In this document: one piece after another, positions 20,974 to 36,947 of the stretch | Numbering within the stretch: position 1 is the stretch's first letter | Layout of the letters: each line of letters starts with the position of its first letter | Assembly: GCA_963920595.1 (NCBI GenBank) | Contig: OY986948.1 | Coordinates: forward strand, 1,798,001 to 1,862,000 | Direction: 5' to 3' | Length of the DNA: 64,000 bases | Source of the DNA: Eimeria praecox | Taxonomy: Eukaryota | Program-made: the position numbers and the translations under genes | Notes under the pieces: generated by a model | What the model was told of the DNA's origin: nothing | Database searches by the model: none | The model's input: only the letters and a program-made list of their open reading frames with translations

Positions 20974-21880
20974 TAAATAAATATAAATAAATATAAATAA
21001 ATATAAATAAATATAAATAAATATAAATAAATATAAATAAATATAAATAAATATAAATAAATATAAATAAATATAAATAAATATAAATAAATATAAATAA
21101 ATATAAATAATATAAACAAATATAAATCAATATAAATAATATAAATCAATATAAATCAATATAAATAATATAAATAAATATAAATAAATATAAATAAATA
21201 TAAATATATAAAAGGAAATGAAGAGAAGTAAAGAAACACAAAATAACAGAGACAAAGACAAACACAGAGAGGGGGAGAGAGACAAACAGAGACAGAGACA
21301 GAGACAGAGAGACGGAGACAGAGAGAGACAGAGACAGAGACAGAGGCAGGCAGACAGAGAGAGAGACAGACAGAGACAGAGAGAGAGAGAGAGAGAGAGA
21401 CAAACAGAGACAGAGAGAGACAGAGACGGAGAGAGAGAGAGAGAGAGAAAACAGAGACAGAGAGACAGAGAAACAGAGAGAGAGAGACAGAGAGAGACAG
21501 AGAGAGAGACAGACAGAGACAGAGACAGAGAGAGACAGAGACAAACAGAGACAGAGAGACAGAGACAAACAGAGACAGAGACAGACACAGACAGAGAGAC
21601 AGAGACAAACAGAGACAGAGACAGAGACAGACAGAGAGAGAGACAGAGACAGACAGAGAGACAGAGACAGAGACAGACAGAGAGACAGAGACAGAGAAGC
21701 CCAGCAAGAGTAGTACAGACAAATACCAATACAAATATAAATATAAATACAAACACAAACACAAAGACAGACAAACATAGAAACAAAGAAAGAGAAGAAA
21801 TAAAAACACTGACGATAAACAAACAAACAAAATACGCAGCAGAAAGACAGAAACAATCACACAGTAGCAAACTCAAAGCA

Positions 21881-21917
<37 letters not shown>

Positions 21918-22005
21918 GCAGCAACACCAGCAGCAGCAACAGTAGCACCAGCAGCAACAGCAACAGCTAAAGCAGCAGCAACAACAGCATCAACAGCAAC
22001 AGCAT

Positions 22006-22037
<32 letters not shown>

Positions 22038-22251
22038 GCAGCAGCAACAGCAGCAGCAACAGCAGCAGCAGCAACAGCAGCAGCAACAGCAGCACCAACA
22101 GCAGCAGCAACAGCAGCAGCAGCAGCAGCTAACTTGACAAGTATAGTTGCGAACTGAACGCCGGATAGAGTGTCGATGGCGATGTCGATGTCTGTCGAGG
22201 GAACCCCCAGAAGTTTGTCTCTTACCCAGCCCCCTGCTGCTCTCAGCACTG

Positions 22252-22322
<71 letters not shown>

Positions 22323-23038
22323 ACAGCAGCAGCATGACCGGAGATATTTATTCCTTATGTGTCAAGACACCAACAACTTTGAGAAGCAGCAGCAAACTTG
22401 CAAACAGAGAAGCAGCAGCAGCAGCAGCAGCTGCTGCTGCTGCTGCTGCTGCTGCGACGCTCAAACAGCTGCAGCTGAAACGCCTGCAGCAGCAGCAACA
22501 GCTGCAGCAGCAGCAGCAAATGCTGCAGCAACAGCAGCAGTTGCAGCAACCGCAACAGATGAAGCACCAGCAGCAGAAGCAGCACCACCACAAGCAGCAG
22601 CAGCACCACCACCACAAGCAGCAGCAGCAGCACAAGCAGCAGCAGCAGTAGCAGCACAAGCAGCAGCAGCACCACCAGCACAAGCAGCAGCAGCAGCACA
22701 AGCAGCAGCAGCAGCAGCACAAGCAGCAGCAGCACCACCACCACAAGCAGCAGCAGTAGCAGCACAAGCAGCAGCAGCAGCAGCACAAGCAGCAGCAGCA
22801 GCAGCACAAGCAGCAGCAGCAGCAGCAGCAGCAATCTTCTCACCAACATTAAGTTTATTTTCTTGTACGCATTCGTTTAAAAGAGAGAAGATATCCTCCT
22901 CCTCTGGCGTCAGCTGCAGGACCACACCTGCAGCAACAGCAGCAGCAGCTCTTGCTGCTGCTGCTGCTGCTGCTGCTTCAGAAGGCAGCCCCTGAATCTG
23001 TGATGTAGCTGCAGCACCTAAGCATTGATCACCCGATT

Positions 23039-23121
<83 letters not shown>

Positions 23122-23229
23122 ACTCCCGCCTTTGTCGGCTCTTCAGAGTTTGTCTCTGCTGTTTTCATTTTCTGCTGATATGTATAATGCAAGGAGGGGG
23201 CAACCAAAGGACTGAGCCGCCCAGAATGA

Positions 23230-23270
<41 letters not shown>

Positions 23271-23424
23271 AGGAGGTGTTGCTGCTGTTGCTGCTGCTGT
23301 TGATGATGATAGAAATATCCTTTGTTGTGTGCTTGACAGTCTGGAAGCAGGGGAGAGAAAAGAGATACGAGGCCCTCTCAGCATCCGCCACTCTCCGCTG
23401 CTGCTGCTGCTGCTGCTGCTGCAG

Positions 23425-23466
<42 letters not shown>

Positions 23467-23681
23467 GGTAGCAGACAGGTTCTGAAGAGGAGGCGTTGAT
23501 GAGGGAGATGTATCTCTTGCTGATGGTTAGGCCCCCACTGCTGCTGCAGCAAGCAGAAAGATCTACTAACTGCTGCAAGAGCTGCAGAAGACGCCGAGCT
23601 GCAGATACACCCGAGCGTAGAGCTGCCTATACACTCGAAGCCCGTCAACAGCAGCAGATACAGCAGGGCTTGTGGCTTCAT
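17379..23681 (-). CDS. CCA1: Class II CCA-adding tRNA nucleotidyltransferase. Exons 23681-22844, 22248-22134, 20603-18383, 18122-18063, 17459-17379
   Basis: Spliced translation shows [36 protein letters not shown] (motif A, DxD), [49 protein letters not shown] (RRD), [14 protein letters not shown] (EDxxR), [13 protein letters not shown] and C-terminal PLCNGKQ..WQLANP. All joins are GT-AG and in frame. Confidence 0.93.
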
Positions 23682-23768
23682 AGACAGATGAAAATACAAT
23701 ATTAAAACAATTTAGGCTGATGCTGATGCTGCACGGTTGCAGCCCTCAAGCCCGTCAAGGGCATCGGA

Positions 23769-23825
<57 letters not shown>

Positions 23826-24120
23826 CCCGAGCAAGCTGCAGCAGCAATAGCAGTCATAGCAGCCATATCACAACAACTGGAAACACACTATTTAAATGAA
23901 ATTATCGTTTGAAATACAATTTATAAGAATAAAAAATAAATCTTCTTCTTCTTCTATAGCACGAGGGTGGGGGGCCCCCCTCCCTCTCTCTCTTCCGGGG
24001 GCCCCCTGTCTTGAATGCTGTTGCTGCTGCTGCTGCTGCAGCAGCAGCAAACTGTTTCGTTTCTATGTAAGAAGAAAGCTTTTAATATTCCATGTATATG
24101 GTGTTGTGCACGTTCATCAT

Positions 24121-24163
<43 letters not shown>

Positions 24164-24321
24164 AGCAGCAGCAGCAGCGTCGGCAGCAGCAGCAGCAGCA
24201 AGGAGAATAACAGGAGGCAAAATCCAAATAAACTCAAGCAGTTAAAGCAGCAGCAACAGCAGCAGCTTCTGCAGCAACCTACGAGGTGTATATACACCCC
24301 AAGGGGGCCCTTCAAGACCTC

Positions 24322-24400
24322 ATGGGAGAGCCTCTCGGGAGGGGGCCCGCTGCAGCAGCTGCAGCAGCTGAGGCCCCGGCTGCAGCTGCAGCAACACCAG

Positions 24401-24436
<36 letters not shown>

Positions 24437-24894
24437 AGCCGAATACACCTGCGTATGCTGCTCCCCTTGAAGCGTGGAATGCAGCCAACCCCGCTGCTGC
24501 AGCAACGGCGCCGCAGGGAGCAGCACCAGCAGCAGCAGCAGCACCAGCAGCAGCACCAGCAGCAGCACTAGAAGCAACAGCAGCAGCAGCAGAAATAGCA
24601 GCAGCTACTCCAATATTAGCAGCAGCACCGCCACCAGTAGCAGCAGCAGGAACACCTGCCGCAGCAACAACCCCCGACGCGGTGTTAGGACCAGCAGCAG
24701 CAGCAACAGCAGCAACAGCAGCAACAGCAGCAACAGCAGCAACAGTTTCTGCTGTAGCAGCCGACAACCCCGAAGGGTTCTTGCTGTTTGCTGTTGCTTG
24801 GTTGCTCGTGGCAGCAGCAGCAGGACTAGTTTTGCTGCGGCAGCAGCGGCAGCAGCAGCGCGAGAGGTATCCCCCAGCTGCTCGTACACCCTAA
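24322..24894 (+). CDS. Putative small Ala-rich single-pass membrane protein, divergent from the CCA gene
   Basis: ATG at 24322 in frame with a 190-codon ORF. It has non-repeat islands (EPNTPAYAAPLEAWNAANP) and a hydrophobic helix GFLLFAVAWLLVAAAAGLVLL followed by basic RQQRQQQRER. No recognisable homology. Confidence 0.45.
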
Positions 24895-24912
24895 ACATGT
24901 TGCTGCTGCTGC

Positions 24913-24961
<49 letters not shown>

Positions 24962-25074
24962 GCTGTCGCTTCTACTGCTGATGCTGCTTTTGCTGTTGCT
25001 GCTGCTGCTGCTGCTGCTGCTATTGCTGCGGCTGCTGCTTTTGCCGTTGGTGCTGCTGCTTCTAATGTTGCTGT

Positions 25075-25106
<32 letters not shown>

Positions 25107-25220
25107 CTTCTGATGTGTTGAACAGGCAGTGCCGGCTTATGAGGGCCTTCTCTTAATTTTGTTTTCTTTCAAAGACAGCAGCAGACACCTCCATCCCTCT
25201 ATCAGCGGTCTGCAATTATC

Positions 25221-25257
<37 letters not shown>

Positions 25258-25370
25258 AGTTGCTGCTGCTGCTGCAGGTGCTGCTGCTGCGGCTGCACAG
25301 GAGGAGTCTCCTGGGATGTGCTGCTCTTCCTTTAGAGAAGAGTGAGCACCAGCCCTAAACTCTAACCCCT

Positions 25371-25623
25371 TTAGGGTTTAGGGTTTAGGGTTTAGGGTTT
25401 AGGGTTTAGGGTTTAGGGTTTATAAGGAAAGATGCTCCTAAATAACCCAAATTTATATAAACAGAGCAAATATACAAGCCAACTTTTTCTGTGACAACGA
25501 ACTGGCTTCAAGGCCCTTGATCTAGGGTTTAGGGTTTAGGGTTTAGGGTTTAGGGTTTAGGGTTTAGGGTTTGGGGTTTTAGGGTTTAGGGTTTCGGGTC
25601 TAGGGTTTAGGGTTTAGGGTTTG
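25371..25623. repeat. TTTAGGG telomere-like blocks at the 3' end of the kinesin gene
   Basis: (TTTAGGG)n at ~25371-25421 and ~25523-25623. Confidence 0.92.
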
Positions 25624-25696
25624 GGGGCCTCTGCAACTTTGTGCAAGGGAAGGGCAGTGTGTTGGTAGTCGTCCCCGCAGCAGCAGCAGCTGCTTC

Positions 25697-25733
<37 letters not shown>

Positions 25734-26025
25734 TTGCTGTCAGCTCCGCCACATTGCTGTATCTTCTGTTGCCGCCATCCCGAGCAGGACAAGTCGACCT
25801 GCAGCAGCTGCAGCAGCTGCAGCAGCTGCAGCAGCTACAGCAGCTGCAGCAGCTACAGCAGCTGCAGCAGCTGCAGCAGCTGCAGCAGCAACAGGCGCCC
25901 CTCTGCTGCCTCCTGAGGCCCATTGGTTCTGACAAACACCTTCGGGGGGCCCCCACAACACCTGTTGTTGGGGGCCCTTCATTTGTATGGCTGTTCTTTC
26001 CATGCAAGTTTGCTGCTGCAGTATT

Positions 26026-26057
<32 letters not shown>

Positions 26058-27177
26058 TTGCTGCTGCAGCACTTGCTGCTGCTGCTGTTGCTGCTGCAGC
26101 ATTTACTCTCTCGTCCCCCTTCTGATCAGGTAGGGGGCCCCTCGTCGCCCTTCGGGTGTTCAGGGTACTAGTACCCTCCGGGGGGCCCCCCTGAAGGGCC
26201 TCTTCTACTTTCTTCATTCTAAGGGGGGCCCCCCTAAACCCTTCTCGGCTGAGACAGACAAAATTGAGGGAAGAAGAAGATATGGGGGCCTCCGGCTTTG
26301 AAGCCCCTAAGCGCCTTGATGCTGTTGCTGCTGTTGCTGCTGCTGTTGCTGCTGCTGCTGTTGCTGCTGCTGTTGTTGCTGCTCTGATGATTTTTAATTT
26401 GAGGGGTTGCCCTCGGGTTGCTGACATTGCTGCTCTGTTTGCTGCTGCTGCAGGTGCTGCTGCTGCTGCTGCTGCTTCTGTTGTTGTTGTTGTGCTGGTT
26501 TTTGCTGCTGCTGCTGCAGTTGCTGTTGCTGCCCTCCTCGTTTCTGCTGCTGCTACCTTCTCAGGCTTGTGTGCTGCAGCTGCTGTTGCTCGAGCAGCTG
26601 CTGCTGTTCCTCTTGGCGCCTTCATTGCTACTGCTGTTGCTGCTGCTGTTGCCGCTGCTGTTGCTGCTGCTGTTGCTGCTGCTGTTGCTGCTGATCCGAG
26701 TGGTCTTCTAGTTGTTGTAGTTTTTCTCGCTGCTGCATTTGTTGCTGTTGCAGGGGCGATGTGGGGTGCTGCTGCAGCAGAGGCCCTGCTGCTGCTGCTG
26801 CTGTTGCTGCCAATGCTTCTGTGGGGCTTATTCAGACAGAAGGGTCTGCAGCAAGAGACAAACAAAACAAAGGGTCCTCTGCTGCTGTTTTGCTGCTGCT
26901 GCTTTGCTGCTGCTGCTGTGCTGCTGCTGCTGCTGCTGCTGCTTGGCTGCTGCTGCTGTGCTGCTGCTGCTGTGCTGCTGCTGCATTGCTGCTGCTGCTG
27001 TGTTGCTGCTGCGGTGGTACTGGGGACTATGCAGCAACGAGGGGCCCCCCGGGGCCCCTCCACTCACCCCAAGCGGCTCGCCAGAGCAGCAAAACGAAGG
27101 GTCTGCAACGTGGGGCCCCTATCAGCCTCCTTGCTGCTAACAGTAAAAACCAGAGACACGTGGCCGCACCCGTCCTG

Positions 27178-27213
<36 letters not shown>

Positions 27214-27313
27214 GAGGAGCAGCAGCAGGAGGAGCAGCAGGAGGAGCAGCAGGAGGATAAATAGCAGCAGCAGCATCATGAGCAGCAGCAGCAACGTAGA
27301 CAGCAGCATCATG

Positions 27314-27345
<32 letters not shown>

Positions 27346-28207
27346 GAGCAGCAGCAGCAGCAGCAACAGCAGCATGTTGGTTTGGAAGAACTGCTAATGA
27401 TGGGGGGGGGGGGGGGGGGGGGCCCTCACTAAGACATCTTTAAGCGCCAGTGTCAAACACGATTCTCTGAAGCGCACATGGGGGCCCCTGGGGGCCCCAC
27501 GCCCGCTGGAGAGAGGGGCCCCTGCAGCTGCAGGAGGTGTGCTGCTACTGTTTGACGGCCTTGGGGGCCTTGCTGTAGACAACCCCTGTTGCTTGGGGGC
27601 CCCTGTTGAGGTGCTGGTCTCAGATCCCCCCTCTGGGGGGCTCCCATGGAGCAGCAGAAGGGACAGGGGGCCCCCTGAGGGGCCCCCTGGGGGGCCCCCT
27701 GGGGGGCCCCCTGGTGGCCCCTGGGTCTTGTTTCTGAGTCTAGCAGCTGCACAGTGTGTGGCGAGGGCTGTGAGGACAGCCATGAAGGCAGAAAGGCTTT
27801 TGCTGATAGACGAGGCCTGAGGAGACAGACAAAAAAAGCAGTAGCAACAAGCAGACAAAACCCCTGCCAGAACAACACCCTCAATTAACGGGGGGCCCCT
27901 CCTGGGGGCCCCCTCCTGGGGGCCCCCTCCTAGGGGCCCCCTCCTGGGGGCCCTTAGAGGGCCCCTAGGAGGGCCCCAAGGACCCTATGGCCCATGGCGT
28001 TGGAGGAATACGATAAGGAGAGAAGAACGTCTCCTGCCTAACCTCTTGAGCGAAGAGGGCCCCTGACTGTTCCTTAAGACGAGGGTATAAGGGGGGCCCC
28101 CCTTGCGGGGGCCCCCAGCGCTCCATAGGCTGCCGCTCAGCGCCAGCAAGGTCCAGTAGGTAGAGACGGGGGCCTTTCTGCAGGCTATCCTGTGCAACAG
28201 CAGCAGC

Positions 28208-28241
<34 letters not shown>

Positions 28242-30277
28242 GGAGCAGCAGCAGGGCTGCTGCACGTTGTGTAGGTTCTTATCAGTTGTTTCTCTGGTGT
28301 ATATACAGTGTGGAAGTTGAAGACAGCATAAGCCTTACTGAGTGTGGGAGAGACAGACACAGCAGCACATGGCTGCGGCTGCTGCTGCTGTTTGCATGCG
28401 TTTCCCTGCAAACTCTCCTGCTGAGGGCTTTTGCTGCAGCAGCAACTACCTCCTTTGAGGACCCTACTCTCACCCACCTCCCCCCAGGGCCTCCAGGGGC
28501 CTCGGGGGCCCCCTCCACGCTGCTGGGGGCCCCACCCTGCTGCAGAAGTCTCTTACGTTTCTGCTGCGAAAACCCAACAGCAACACTTGAGCTACATAGC
28601 TACTCCTTATGCAGCAACGACAGGGGCCCCCCTTGCCGAAGGTAGGGGCCCCCTGAAGGAGAGGTGGGGGCCCCTTGGAGGGGTAGGAGGCCCTCTTGGC
28701 TGAGCCAATTCTTTCTTGTCTCTCTCTCACCTGCAGACTCTCTGCAGGGTCTCGAGGGGGGCCCCCTGGGGGCCCCAAGAGGTCCCTTACTCTGCCACAG
28801 TACATCTCAACAGCAGAAAAACAAGCAAGCGCCTCAGGACTGCAGTACAGCAACAAACAAACACAGAAAAGAAGGGAGAGAGCCCACGATACAGCAGCAA
28901 ACAAACACAGAAAGAGAAGCCGGGGGAAGGGCGGGCGGGGGGGGGGGGGGCCTCCTAAGAAGGTAGGGGAGCGAAGACTCACCCCGCGGGGGGCCCCCCT
29001 CCTCCGCCTCGGCCTTCTAATGCCTCCATTACAAACTCAAGCGTCCGCAAAGCAAGACCCCACTTGTCCTTCCTGCTGCTGCTGTTGTTGCTGCTGTTGC
29101 TGTTGCTGCTGTTGCTGCTGCTGCTGTTGCTGCTGTTGCTGCTGCTGCTGCGCTTGCAGGTCATACAACCTGGGGGCCCCACCATAGTGTATGTTTTGCC
29201 GCTTCCTGACGCCCCATGTCTGTCTCACAGGACATAGACAGCCCTCTCGGCGCTTTGTTTTGCTGCCTCGTATACCCTAAACCCTAGACCCTATACCCTA
29301 AACCCTAAACCCTAGGCCCAAGCTCACACAGCAATACAGGCGCTGACTCCTTTAAGGACTGCTTCTGCTGCTGGTCGCCCTACTCTATGAAAGACCACCT
29401 CTTGAGAAGCTTCTGGCTGCAGCACATCACTAAACCTAAAGGGCCCTGCCCCGCCTTTCCTTCTCCACCACCAGCTGGGGCCCGAGGGGGCCTCAGGGGG
29501 CCCCTCAGGGGGCCCCTCAGGGGGCCCCTCGGGTCCCTCTAAGGCACTGTGTTGCTGCCTCCTTGCACCCCCTCCTAGAGCCCCTTGGGGGGGGCCCTCA
29601 GGTGCAGGGAGGCGCTGCAGCGCTTTGAGGGTACGGCTGCAGCAGGGGGCCCCCTGAACCCATCTAGTATCAGCAGCAGGGGCCTGGGGGCCCCCGGGAG
29701 GCAGCAGCACAACTGCAGCAAGGCGCTGGGCCTGCACGTCTGATGGGTTTGGATTTGTTTGAAGGGTAGTAGGTAGAGGATGGCTTCCAAGACGAAGGCC
29801 CTCTTCAGGGTCTAAAGCACATGTGTACGTTCTGTTTCTACCTGCAGACAATGAGAGGAGGCCCCTGAGACTCTGCTGCTGCTTGGTAGAACCACCAGCA
29901 GCAGAAGGGGGGGCCCCCATCCCCTCTGCATGCGTTTCTGTGCCCTTCATTGCCCCTGTCTCGATGATTTCAGTGGCCGCTAGACATTCTTTGGGGGCCC
30001 CCAGTAGGGGCCCAACTAAGGGCCCCACTAAGGGCCCCATTAGGGGCCTTGCCAGGGGGGGGGGGGGCCCTGCGCCCCTGGACTGCTGTGAGAGTGGTAT
30101 AGGATCAGGGGCCCACAGTGCCAGGCAGCCACTGCTCAACGGGCCCCCCGAAGGCACGGGGGAGGGCGGACGTATGCGTAAGAACGTCTGAACGCCTGTA
30201 GGCCAGCCAGCAAGGGGGGCCCCCGCTGCCGCCTGCAGGGGCCCTCCCAGGGCATTGTTTGGGGGAGTGAAACTCAT
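25600..30277 (-). CDS. Divergent kinesin motor-domain protein. Approximate exons 30277-29328, 29219-28983, 28839-28731, ~28537-28339, 28189-28043, 27816-27429, 27174-27068, 26845-25600
   Basis: Motifs appear in order after splicing: VQTFLRIRP, FRFSDVLQPEASQEVVF, ACIAVHGASGSGKTYTM (P-loop), EMYCGRVRDLL, THANSSSSRSH (switch I), LLDLAGAER (switch II), ISKSLSAF, HVRFRESCLT.LKDVL, TLQTLRFA. Confidence 0.9.
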
Positions 30278-30399
30278 GGGGGCCCCTGCTCAGGCGACAC
30301 AGAGACCCCCTCGCCTCGTTGAGGGAGCAGCAGGCCAACGTGGATGGCACGGAAGCAAGTCTAGCAGCAGCAGAAGAAGAGGCAGCGGTGCCGCCGACG

Positions 30400-30495
<96 letters not shown>

Positions 30496-31611
30496 AACAG
30501 CGGCAGTGAGGACCCCGCCACAATGCTTGAAGTAGCTTATTTCTCAGCTTAAAGCAACTGACAAATTCAAATAGGTATAGAACAGCTTGGAGGGCCGCTG
30601 GGGGGCCCCCTCATCCTCCTCCCTCTACAGCCGAAGGCCAGTGGAGCGGGGGGAGAGGGGCCCCCAGCGGGCTTACAGGATAAATCAACGTTTTAATGTT
30701 GAAATTTCATGAATTAAATTATAAATTTAATTTTTTTAATGTTTTTAAAATGGCTTCGACGGCTTATTTCGCCCTTTCTACTCCCCCCCTCACCGGTGGA
30801 CCGGTGTGACCACTGGACCACTACCCCCAAGGACCAGTGAGACCAGTGACCTGGGAGCCCTTCTCAAGACAGCACCAATCATTTATCTTTTCATCTGTTT
30901 TGCTAATCGAACTTGCTGTTGAAATCAATGAACAGCAGCAAAGACACAGCAACGCTGCCCCCTAAGCACCGGCCTAGCCTCTGCTGCTGAGACAGCAGCA
31001 GAGGCTGCAGCAACAGCAGCACAAGCTGCAGCAGCAGCTGCTGCAAAGCCGCACAGGTTTGAGCAGAAAAAATGGGGGGACAGTGTTGGCGTTTCCACGC
31101 CGCAGCACTTTGCGTATGCCCTTATACCCATATGTTCTATATGCATGCACACGCTGCATGCATGCAAGTATTTGTATATTGCGTATCTTTATGAAGACAT
31201 ATATAAATAGACGAATGTATATTACGATATTAGTACATAAGAATGTACTGCTTCTAAATAGGATTCGCTCTGCGGGGCCCCAAAGAGAAGGGCAAGCAGC
31301 AGGTGAGGTGATAAGGGCTTTTAAATGTGTTAGGGTGTATGTACACTTGAGCATACACCCAAATAGGGGGTTGAAGAGGTTGCGTTGGGGATGCTATGGC
31401 AAGCCTCCCCTCCGCAAGACCTTCCTACGGGGGCCCCTATCTCTGAGGCCCTTAGAACGAACCAATTATGCATGCGCTGGCGCTGCTGCGTCTCTGCGTG
31501 CGTTAATGTTTTTATTTATTGAGTTTTCGTTGCACGGAGAAACTGCAGCAAACGTAGAAGACAAAAGAACACAGAGAGAAGTTGCTACAGCAGCAGCTAC
31601 AGCAGCAGCAA

Positions 31612-31643
<32 letters not shown>

Positions 31644-31686
31644 GAGGCAGCAGCAGGTGCTGCAGCACAGTGTCAAACAGAAACTA

Positions 31687-35954
<4,268 letters not shown>

Positions 35955-36947
35955 GGTCGGTGCAGGCTGCAAGGCAGACCGGCGCGTACTGAGCTACAAG
36001 CTGCAGCGTTTCGCTGCTCTTCTTGCATGCACCAACACAAAATAGGGTTTTAAAAGGAATAAAAACAAATAACGGCCTCCCCTTCGGCGCACACCCCTCA
36101 ACTCTCAGTCTTGGTGATGATGTGGCGGAACAGGGGCTGGGGCCCCCCAGTCGGCAACCGCCAGACGCAGTAAAAGCCCCGAAATTGCAGTATTTCAATA
36201 TTTGTTTGTTTGTTATATTCAGCATTATCTTCCATATTCCCTCATAATATTCAAATGGTCCATTAGCAATCCCTCATCTGCCCGACGACCCTCTACCACC
36301 CGTACACCGCCACCGTCTGACACGCCTGAGACGCAGTATAACGCTCTCTTCGACAGGCTGCACCGGATCTAAATCGTAAACCATAAACCCTGAACACCAA
36401 AACCAATACCCAACAAAGAATCCTTCGATAATTAGATGGTGGCAGAGAGGCGATCTTGAGGCAAAAACACACGCTCTAACGCGCCCAGCTCGCTGTTTCT
36501 GCAATTACTAGTGCTGTTGCTGTTGCTGCTGCTGCAGCTCTTCACACATGTCGAAGACTGAAGCTTTGTTACCCTAACCCATGCATGCGGCTTCAGGCGA
36601 TAGAAGACACAGTGCTTTGTTTCTGGTTGGTTGCAGCACTTGCAGTAGTGCGGGGGGAGGGGTGGAACAGCTGTTCTCGATCACGGCAGAAGGCCATTGG
36701 GAGCTGAAATAGTCAAAATATTTCAGATAATAATTCCCATGGATTCAGTAAGCACCGCGAATGCACCTTCGTGCTCCATGTGGAAGCAACCATCCCCATA
36801 ATCAACGCTCGTGCTAGGGGAAGCGGCCTGAGATAAGCTGCGGCGCACCCTGCCGAGGACCACTGCGAGCTATACCACAGAAAAATGATTTAGGAGAGAA
36901 TTGAAAAGGTGTTACTTACCTCCGCTCCAGTCTGTTGGCCTGTTGGG

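Noticed and set aside
21127..21970. Leu/Ser/Cys-rich and Arg/Gln/Glu-rich ORFs
   Set aside because: GAGACA-type low-complexity sequence within CCA intron 2.
26264..27397. 377-aa plus-strand ORF
   Set aside because: Antisense shadow of the CAG-rich kinesin tail, with a non-ATG start.
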